Positions 25,481-35,896 of a DNA stretch of 64,000 bases are shown in pieces. Both the position numbers and the translations under genes were made by a program. Below the pieces are notes generated by a model. The model did no database searches. It saw only the letters and a list, made by a program, of their open reading frames with translations, and was not told the DNA's origin. This stretch comes from Eledone cirrhosa (Eukaryota). The first letter of the stretch is position 1. Each line of letters starts with the position of its first letter. The stretch spans positions 434,558,001-434,622,000 of the forward strand of contig OZ024740.1 of NCBI GenBank assembly GCA_964016885.1. Reading direction: 5' to 3'.

Positions 25481-26449
25481 CTTGTCCGCCATTGCAAAAG
25501 GCCATAAATTCAAAAAATTTTGAAGAGAGAGGAAAAGAGAGAAGTGATCTATGAACTTGTACATCTCACTGACCCCCCCCCCCCCCCGCCACCACAATAA
25601 CAATAACGCCTACACTCGCTCCCCACCATCACCACATTATTCTATCTAAGGTGGCTGACCTGTTCCCTGTTGACATACTGCTGACTCTTTTGATGTATGT
25701 ATGTGTATATACATATATATATGTGTGTGTGTATATACATATGTGTATGTGTGTGTGTATATACATATGTGTATGTGTGTGTATATGTATATCTCAGTGG
25801 ATGCGACCAGATTTCAACACAGCAACAACTACAACAACAACAGCAGCAACACCAACAACAACAACAACAGCAACAACACCATCGTCTGTGTTGAATGTGT
25901 GTGTATGTCTGTGTTTGTATATATGCGACAGCAATAACAGCATCAACACCATTGTCTGCAGCAACAGCAGCAGTGAAATGAAGAAGAACAACAACAGCAA
26001 CAACGACAACAACTACAATAACAACTACAGCACCAACAACTGCCACCACCATCACTGACCATCCACCACCACCACACTGACACCATCCACCACCACCACA
26101 CTGACACCATCCACCACCACCACACTGACACCATCCACCACCATTCACCACCGCCATTACCAGCGTAAAGCAAACAATTATTATTATTATATACAAGCTG
26201 AACTGGACTGGGAAAGGTCAACAGTTGACATGATATTGATTTTGATTTTGATTTTGTATCAGTACTGTCGGTAATATATATATATATATATATATGTGTG
26301 TTTGTGAGTGGTGTGTGTGATTGTATGCATGAATGAGTGTTGGTATGTATGGCGTGTGTGCGGTTGTGGTTTGTATGCATGAGTGTTGGTGTGTGAGTGT
26401 TTGTGTGTGCGTCGTGTCAATAATTTTTTTTTTTTTTTTTTTTTAATGA

Positions 26450-29232
26450 CCATGCTGTAAAATGGAGGGGTAGAGAGGGCCCTTGAGTCTAGTAAGACAT
26501 CCTCTCTAGTGCTGGTGGCACAAATAAAAGCACCCAGTCCATGCTGTAAAGTGGCGCTGGTGTTAGGAAGGGCATCCAACCAGTGTATCAATGCCAAAAA
26601 GCTTATCAGCACAGCAACAAAACAGCATAGAAAAATATGAAGACGTCGCATCTCAGAGTTGCAACACTTAATGTTGGCACTCTCAGAGGTAGATCTGCTG
26701 AAATAGCGGAGATGCTGGAGAGAAGGCAGGTGGATGTGTGCTGCGTGCAAGAGGTGAGATGGAGAGGTGCCTCTGCGAGACTAGTCGTAGGCAAGCGTCT
26801 TAGCTATAAGCTATTCTGGGTAGGTAAGGATGATGGGCTAAGGGGAGTAGGCATTTTCCTGGCTGAGAAATGGATCAATAAGACAATAGAGGTAGTTCGA
26901 GTTAGTAATCGAATAATTAAGCTTAGATTAGTTGTAGGTAGGAGACTACTGACAATCATCTCGGTCTATGCTCCCCAAGCAGGCCTAGGCAAAGATGAGA
27001 AAGACTGCTTTTATGAGCAACTTTTGCAAACAACCACAATGACAGAGGACGGAGACATCGTTATGCTAGCAGGAGACTTCAATGGTCATGTTGGACAGCT
27101 CCAGGATGGTTACACTGGGGTACATGGTGGGCACGGTTACGGTTCAAGAAATGAAGAAGGAGTGAGACTTCTTGAATTTTGTGATGCGAGTACATTGACT
27201 ATTTGCAACACAAACTTCCAGAAACCTGCCAATCACCTAATAACCTACAAATCTGGTGAGCACATAAGCCAGATTGACTTCTTGCTAGTTAGGCAGCGGG
27301 ACAGGCAGATAGTGTCTAATACCAAGGCATACCCTGGGGAAGAATGTACCCCACAGCATAGGTTAGTTGTTAGTGATATCTCAGTAAGCAAGAGATGGAA
27401 TGAGACATATAGGAAGGTGTGGAGAAGAAAGGTCTGGAAGCTAAAAGACCTTTCACTAAAATACAAATTTAGGAAAGCCCTTCAAGATGTATATGACGAA
27501 AAAGAAGACGATTTAGAGACGTATGACATAGATAATAACTGGAATTTCTTACGTGACAACTTGCTGCAGGCTACTGATGAAACCTGTGGCTGGAGCAGAG
27601 CTCCAACCAGACAGAGAGTGACCTGGTGGTGGAACAGCACAGTAGATAAGGCTATTAGAGACAAAAGACTAGCATGGAAGGCTTGGAAAAAGGGTGGGAG
27701 TAGGGAAGAATATACAGCCACTAAGAGAGAAGCTAGACGTCAGGTGTACTTAGCACGCAGGGAGGCAGAGAGTAGGAGGTTTGCCAATGTTCTGCGACAG
27801 GAAGATCAGAGGCGTGCGGTGTTCCACATTGCAAGGCAGTGTGTCAATGCAAATCAGGATGTTGTTGGAGATAAATGTGTCCGGGATGATGCCGGTGTAC
27901 TTAGTGTCACGAATAATCAGAAAAAGGAGGCCTGGAAATGTCATTATGAGAGACTGATGAATGTGGAGAAGGAATGGGAGAGAGAGAAATTACCCTTGGT
28001 AGATCCGACAGAGGGACCAGCTATTGAGATTGACGAATATAGGGTCCAAGAGGCGATTAGGGAAATGAAAAATAGTAAGGCGGCCGGACCATCGGGAATA
28101 GTTGCTGAGATGCTGAAGGCATCAGGGGACGTAGGCACTAAACTGGTTGCACGCATCATCAATCAGGCTATATATGGTGGTGTCATACACAAAGACTGGT
28201 GCAGCAGTATTCTCATAAATTGCTACAAAGGTAAAGGGGATGCTTTGGAGAGGAGCAATTATAGGGGTATAAAACTGATAGATCAGGTTATGAAAGTGGC
28301 AGAAAGGATTTTAGCACAACTAATTAGAGAAAGGGTCAAACTAGATGAGATGCAGTCTGGTTTTGTGCCTGGGAAGAGTACAACAGATGCCCTCTTCTTG
28401 GTGAGACAAATGCAAGAGAGGTTCTTAGAGAAGAATAAGCCACTATACTTAGCCTTTGTTGACCTAGAGAAGGCCTTTGATAGGGTACCCCGATCTGTCA
28501 TCTGGTGGTCCCTAAGGAAGCTAGGTGTTGAGGAATGGCTTGTGAGGACAGTGCAAACTTTGTACAGAGGTACTCTCAGGGTAGGAATGGAGTTTAGTGA
28601 GGAATTCCAGATAAAAGTAGGAGTACATCAGGGTTCGGTCCTCAGCCCGCTCTTGTTCATTATAGTCCTCCAAGCCATAACAGAGGAGTTTAAGACTGGC
28701 TGTCCATGGGAACTTCTCTATGCTGACGATCTGGTTCTTATAGCAGAATCAGTAGAGGAGCTAGAGAATAAATTCTGGCTATGGAAACAGCAGTTGGAAG
28801 CAAGAGGACTGAGAGTGAATCTAGCTAAGACAAAAGTGTTGATGAGTAGAAAAGAGGACAAAACCCTGATTCCGTCAGGGAAATGGCCATGTTCGATATG
28901 CATAAAAGGAACTGAGAGAGAAACTGTGTCTGAGAGGGATAGAATGTAGTGTACGGGAGAGGAGACTGAGGTGGTATGGACATGTGATGCGCATGGAGGA
29001 TGACCGATGGGTGAAGAAGTGCCAGGAAATGCCAGTTGAAGGAAGACATGGTAGAGGTAGACCACGAAAAACATGGGCGGAGGTGGTGAGAACAGACCTC
29101 AGATCATTGAAGCTCACGGTGGAGATGACGAGGGACCGTGACGAGTGGAGAGATGCTGTGCTGAATAAGACCCGTCCCACCCTTGCAAGCAGGGAAAAGC
29201 GGACTTAAAATGATGATGATGATGATGATGAT
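26450..29232 (+). mobile_element. RTE-clade LINE, family A (APE-RT ORF 26637-28949, internal deletion near 28910, (ATG)n tail)
   Basis: LNVGTL, GDFNGHVG, HQGSVLSP, YADD. Jumps from WPCSICIKG to the LREKL..RRLRWYGHV..GRPRKTW end. Confidence 0.93.
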
Positions 29233-29298
29233 ATGTATATATATATGTATATATATATATATGTGTATATATATATATGTATGTATGTGTATGTATGT

Positions 29299-29329
<31 letters not shown>

Positions 29330-29561
29330 TATATATATATATGTATGTATGTGTATGTATGTATGTATATATATATATATATATGTGTATATATTTGTAT
29401 ATATTTGTATATATGTGTGTGTATGTGTGTATATATGTGTGTGTGTATGTTTGTGTGTATGTTTATATATATATATAATGCGTGTGTGTGTGGGTGTTTG
29501 TGTTTGTGTGGTTCTCTCTCTCTGTGTATTTATTTATTTATTATTTATGTGTGTGTATATA

Positions 29562-29612
<51 letters not shown>

Positions 29613-29621
29613 ATGTATATA

Positions 29622-29654
<33 letters not shown>

Positions 29655-29786
29655 GTGTGTATGTGTGTGTGTATATGTGTATATATATGTGTGTGTGTAT
29701 ATATATATATGTGTATGTATGTGTGTGTGTGTGTATATGTATGTGTGTGTATATATATGTATATATGTGTATATATATATATATAT

Positions 29787-30163
29787 ATCATCATCATCAT
29801 CGTTTAACGTCCGTGTTCCACGCTTGCATGGGTTTGGACGGGGGTTTTCCCACTTGAGGCAACAGTGGTTGTCTTGCTCGCATAGGACTGTCTGGCAGGT
29901 TTTCTACAGTTGGATGCCCTTCCTAACACCAACCACATTTACAGTGTGGGGCTGGGAGGTTTTTACCTTGTTGCCTACACGGCCACATTACAGCGTGGAC
30001 TGTGTGTTTTTTTGTCATGACACCTACACGATCTCATTTGTTTCGGCCTGGATGGTGTGGCACCAACATAACTTTACATAGAAGGGGGCGGTGTGGATGG
30101 GGTGGGGGTGGTGGGACGGGGGTGTATTTTGTTAGAGATGCCTACTGACTGTAGTAGGTTTTA
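29787..30163 (-). mobile_element. RTE family B 3'UTR/tail fragment
   Basis: Reverse complement of 22860-23235. Confidence 0.9.
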
Positions 30164-30244
30164 TGTGTGTGTGTGTGTGTATATATATATGTGTGTATAT
30201 GTGTATATATATATATATGTGTATATGTAGGTGTATGTATGTAC

Positions 30245-30278
<34 letters not shown>

Positions 30279-30280
30279 TT

Positions 30281-31004
30281 ATTGAAACAAAATGAAAACG
30301 AAATTTCATTTCTCACTCTTAGTATGGCACTTACTTAAATGTAAGTATGCATGTATACGTACATACACATATGTATACAGACGTACAGTAGCATGCACAT
30401 ATATATATATATATACATATATACATACATATGCATACAGGTACACATACATATATGCACGTATCAGTTTAGCGGCGCTTATTATAACGTCGCTTTGTTC
30501 GTTTGTAAACAAACTGAACAGCCTGAATTTATGCCATACAGTGTTAAGGCAACCACGTCACCTTTTTGTTCAACACTGACACAGGAACGATGTACTAGTT
30601 TCAAGCTTGTTAGCTATCATCAGCACCGTTTACCCATCTGCCAGATAGTTGAACGTTCGAAAGTATATACTTTCCTTATGAAAATTAACAGCTGAGCAGC
30701 CTAATTTGCATATTGAGTGAGTTAAATCGGTCAGGCATACCGAAAACGATAAATTGAAACAAAATGAAAACGAAATTTCATTTCTCACTCTTAGTATGGC
30801 ACTTAGTTAAATGTACAGACGTACAGTAGCATTTGCAAACGAACAAAGCGACGTTATAATAAGCGCCGCTAAACTGATACGTGCATATATGTATGTGTAC
30901 CTGTATGCATATGTATGTATATATGTATATATATATATATATGTGCATGCTACTGTACGTCTGTATACATATGTGTATGTACGTATACATGCATACTTAC
31001 ATTT
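30281..31004. mobile_element. Rearranged pLTR-like repeat with direct and inverted segments around a hammerhead
   Basis: 30281-30342 repeats directly at 30753-30814; 30338-30510 is inverted at 30836-31004. Related pieces occur at about 41330 and 41680-41905. Confidence 0.7.
30586..30630 (-). ncRNA. Minimal type-I hammerhead ribozyme
   Basis: Minus strand: AACGGTG-CTGATGA-TAGCTAACAAGCTT-GAAA-CTA-GTA-CATCGTT. 7-bp stem I, palindromic ACTAGT stem III, GUA triplet. Confidence 0.82.
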
Positions 31005-31052
31005 GTTTGTACTGCCTCTCTGTTTTGTTCCCACTCAATTTTTCATTATATA

Positions 31053-31092
<40 letters not shown>

Positions 31093-31789
31093 CGTGTGTG
31101 TATATATATATATACATATGTGTGTGTATGTATATATATATATATAAATATATTTATATGTGTATGTGTGTATATGTGTATGTGTGTTTATGGGTGTGAG
31201 TGAGTGTGTTTTGTGAATGTGTCTGTTGATGTTTGGCATATAGTTGAATAGTTTAAGAGAAATTTGAGGACAATTGTAAGATATGCACTCAATATTTTGA
31301 ATTTGTCTACAGAATTCTCTAAACCTTTGTCACTTAGTAGAACCTTAAAGAATTTAGCTTTTAAAGAATCTCCCTTTCCTTTAAATCTATCTACCATGAC
31401 TGACCCCCACTGATCTTATAGACACCTGTTAGCTTAAAAGAAACTTAATAATAAGGAGTGGCACCCCATCCTGAACCTGTTTATAGAATTCTTTCTGCCT
31501 TTGTTACTCTAAAAATAAAAATAAACTATAGCTTTGTAGCATTAGCTTTTAATGAATTCCCTTTTCTATCAACCAATGACCTACACCCATCCCACTCCCC
31601 ACCCTCTCCTACCACTTGTAGAGACCTATAAATACCATACTTATTTTTTGATACCCAGATTCCTGATGATTTCTAAAGAATGAAACAGTTCTAGTCCTGT
31701 AGAATCTCATCTATAATAAAATTTTTATACTCTGCAATGTATTGAGTACCTTACTTACTGTGGTTACCTCCGATTCAACCCGGAATAAC

Positions 31790-31790
<1 letters not shown>
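31000..31790 (+). mobile_element. Non-coding hammerhead-bearing repeat (pLTR/retrozyme-like)
   Basis: Second copy of 21968-22570; hammerhead followed by AATAAA near 31715; ends at a TA run. Confidence 0.8.
31657..31707 (+). ncRNA. Type-I hammerhead ribozyme (sense to host pre-mRNA)
   Basis: AGATTC-CTGATGA-T(TTCT AA AGAA)T-GAAA-CAG TTCTAGTC CT-GTA-GAATCT. Stem I 6 bp, stem III 4 bp; predicted cut after A31701. Confidence 0.82.
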
Positions 31791-31829
<39 letters not shown>

Positions 31830-31913
31830 AATGAAGAGAGAAAGAGAGAAGGACAGAGAGAGTAAGAAATGTGTGTGTGTGTTCGGTACACGTCTATCTA
31901 TCTATCTCCAACA

Positions 31914-32844
31914 GGTTATCAGTGGAGACTCCACCGCAACATTCTATAGAGGGCTGGTACGCAGCAGGTGCGACGACGCCCTCGGAGAAGCCCTAGACAT
32001 GGAGGAGGACGAACTGGCCAGCCTGTTCGGTAGGACATTCAGCCCGGGACCTATGGACAACTTCCAGAAGTCCCTGGCCTGGCAGTGCTACCGAGGAGCT
32101 TTACCCGTTTGAGAAAGGCTCTACAGACACGGGCGCCCGGGTAGGGACCCCGCCAAAAAGATCTGTCCCAGATGCGTGTGCGACGAGGAAACCGTTGCAC
32201 ACGCATTGGTACACTGCTCGGGCGTAGCCGATCTGTGGGGCTATGTCGAACAACTGCTGTCAAGGGTGGGACCGATCCGGTTGACCACCGAGTCTATTGT
32301 AATGATCAAGCCGCCTCCCCCCTTCAAAGATGAAGCAGAGGCGGTGTTTCTGTGCGTAATAGCCATGGCGAAAGAGGTTGTATGGTGGACGCGTCTGAAA
32401 GGACTGAGGTCAGGCACCTTTCTCTCTGGCCAACAACTGGTCCGTTTCTTCCGATATCATTTCGGAAGAAGGATCAGGATGGAGAGAGAGGTGCTGCACC
32501 CCAGCCGTTTCTATGAAAGATGGGTGAAAGTGGCGAGAATGGCCCGTGTGAATGGGCCTTCACTCTACATCAGACTATAGGTGAGGAAGATGAAAGACCA
32601 AGGGAGCACCCCTTCTCTGTGCTCCTGAGGAGAAGGGTTGCACACTTTTCTCGGGGGTGTGTGCGACCCCCCAAGGCGCCTCCTCTCTATTGAGGATTTT
32701 GTTATAAATTTTATTTTTTGTTATATCTTATTTTATTTTTATATTTTGTTATTGCCTCCTCCTTATTGAGGACGCCTTTTTGTGTAAACTCCCCCCTTTG
32801 TACTTGTCCCACTTTTGATGCCCTAGTGGCAAATAAAAGAAACA
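31914..32844 (+). mobile_element. Tx1 family A copy 3, 5'-truncated, with 17-bp target-site duplication
   Basis: Matches 14898-15884. TATCTATCTCCAACAGG at 31899-31915 and 32845-32861. Confidence 0.95.
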
Positions 32845-32920
32845 TATCTATCTCCAACAGGGGGCTCAAACATGGTAGACCAGACAGAAAAAAGAAAATA
32901 TATATGCGTCTGTGTGTGTG

Positions 32921-32971
<51 letters not shown>

Positions 32972-33111
32972 CATATTATACACACACACACACATACACA
33001 CATATATATATATCCTTACACACTTAAATATAAATGTATGTATATATACAAATGTATAAATGCATAGCTATTTACATACGTAAATGTATGTATGTATATA
33101 TGTATGTATAT

Positions 33112-35896
33112 ACATTCTTCTGGAAAGGAAGAGATGAAGGAACCAGAAGAGAGGCTGGGGTAGGATTTACTGTTAAGACTGTTCTTGTGAACAAATTAGA
33201 AGAATTCCCAGTAGGGATTAGTGAGCATCTTATGTCCATGAGAATTCTGCTGGACAAAGGAAGATATGCTACCCTGGTGAGTGTGTATGCTCCAACTATG
33301 AATTCTGTCGATGAAGAAAAAGTGTCCTTTTACCATGCCTTGAAAGGTGTTTTAAGAAATATCCCTCAGGCAGACAAAGTCATCGTGCTTGGTGACTTTA
33401 ATGCTAGAGTGGGTAGGGATTTTAACACATGGAATGTAATCGGAAGGCATGGGGTGGGAAAGTGTAACAACAATGGTATGCTCCTGCTGCAGATGTGTGA
33501 GGAGCTGGATCTGTGTGTTACCAGCACCATATTCCAACAAAAGAACAAATTCAAGACCACATGGATGCATCCTGCATCTAAGGAATGGCATCTTTTGGAC
33601 TACATCCTAGTCAGGATGCGTGACAGACAGGATGTGCAGTGTGTTCGTGCTCTTCGTGGAACTGAGTGCTGGACGGACCACCGCCTGGTACGCGCAAAAG
33701 TGAAACTAATCACTAAACGTAAAATCCAGGCTCCTGGTGTTGCCCTGCCCAAAAGATTGAATGTTGCTCGTCTTAAGGATAAAAATGTGAAGAGGACATT
33801 GGAAGAAGAGATGCAGGCTGCAGATCTTGGTGAGGATTGGCCGACCCTTAAAAAGTCGGTTTATGATGTAGGCAGGCATGTTCTGGGATTGGTGCAGAGA
33901 AAACATCAGGACTGGTTTAATGAGAATGATGTACATATAGAAGACTTGTTGGCTGATAAGAGGCGTGCTCTGTCACGCTACTTGACGGCAAAACCACAGG
34001 AGAGGAATACGTTGCATGAGGAACTCAAGGATGTAAAATCACGTGTTAGGCGGAGTCTTTCTCAGATGAAGGATCAGTGGTGGAGTGAGAAGGCTGGTGA
34101 GATACAAACTGAGTCAGATTCCAATAACACAAAGCTGTTGTACAGTCTCTTGTGTGAGGTTTATGGACCGTCTTCTTCTCTGGTTACACCGCTTCGCAGC
34201 AAGGATGGCAAAGAGCTTCTTCGTGACTCACAAGGAATTCTACGAAGGTGGGGAGAGCACTTTGATGATCTTTTGAATCAGCCGTCTGTCGTCAGTGAAG
34301 ATTTCCTCAATCTCATTCCAGAAAGTCCTGTGAAAGTAGCTCTCGCAGAACCTCCGACGCTTGTGGAGGTTGCAGTGGCTATCGCGAAGCTGAACAGTGG
34401 AAGGTCTCCAGGTATGGATGGCATACATGCTGAGCTCCTACAATATTGTGGTGAGAGACTCCTGCAACATCTTCACTCTTTGTTTGGCAGGATATGGGCT
34501 AATGAATCCGTACCTGAGGACTGGAGAGATGCAGTAATGGTGGTCTTGTACAAGGGAAATGGTAACAGGAATGATTGTGGGAACTACAGAGGTATATCAT
34601 TGCTTTCTGTCGTAGTGAAAGTTTTATGTAGGGTGCTTCTGGACCGTCTGCTGACACACATTGCAGATTGTGTTCTTCCTGAAAGTCAATCTGGTTTTCG
34701 TGCTGGACGCGGCACTACTGATATGATCTTCTCAGCTAGACAGCTCCAGGAGAAGTGCATTGAACAAGGCTTGGATCTGTATCAGGTTTTTGTCGATCTG
34801 ACAAAAGCTTTCGATACTGTTAACAGAGATGCATTATGGAAGGTTCTCCAGAAACTTGGTTGCCCTGATAAGTTCCTTGCTTTAGTTAGGTCTTTCCATG
34901 ACGACATGAAGGCTTGGGTTAATGTCGGAGCCTATTTCAGTAAAAAATGAAGCGAAACAGGGGGATATTCCAGCACCGACCCTGTTTGCCATATACTTTG
35001 CAATGGTTTTCTGTATTGCATTCAGGAATTGCGAGCATGGTGTTTACATCCGATATCGAACCTCAGGCAGCATATTTAACATCAGGCGCTTTACTGCGAA
35101 GACAAAAGTATTTACATCAATCATAAGAGACCTTTTGTATGCAGATGATTGCGATCTTGTAGCGCACACAGAGAGTGATATGCAGCACATTTTGAATGCA
35201 TTTTCTGACGCTTGCACTGCCCTGGATTTGACTGTCAGTCTCAAGAAAACCGTCGTCATGTACCACCCTGCCCCTGGTAAGCAGTACACTGAACCAAACA
35301 TCTATGTGTATGGCAAACGACTTGGAGTGGTTGATCAGTTTGTCTACCTGGGAAGCACTGTCAATCGATACAGCAACCTTGACAGTGAAATCTCACTTAG
35401 GATTAGGAAAGCAAGTGATGCTTTCGGAAAGCTAGAAAGGCGACTCTGGGGTCGGCGAGACATATGCAGGAGGACAAAGGTAAAGGTGTACAGGGCATGT
35501 GTGCTCTCTTGTCTTCTTTATGCCTGCGAGACCTGGGTCACATATCGACACCATCTTAAGCAATTGGAGCGTTTCCATCAGATGTGTCTCAGACGGATCC
35601 ATGGCGTTTACTGGAGAGACCACATCAGTGATGTCGAGATTTTGGAAAGCTCTATGTGTGACAGTATAGAAGCTCTTGTGCTTAAGCAACGACTCCGTTG
35701 GAGTGGTCACCTTGCCAGGATGAAGGATTCTAGAATACCAAAACAACTCTTTTATGGAGAGTTGTTTAAAGGAAAACGACCGCCACATAAACCAAAAAAG
35801 AGGTATAAGGATTCCTTGAAAGCCTCTCTGAAAGACGCTAACATCTCTGCTGATACATGGGAGAATATTGCTGCTGATCGTAATAAATGGAGAAAT
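33112..35896 (+). mobile_element. RTE/BovB-like LINE (family C), APE-RT, frameshift near 34925, truncated at both ends
   Basis: VYAPT, GDFNARVG, TWMHP..WHLLDY, CWTDH, NYRGISLL, DLTKAFD, YADD, RLRWSGH, QLFYGEL. Confidence 0.93.
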
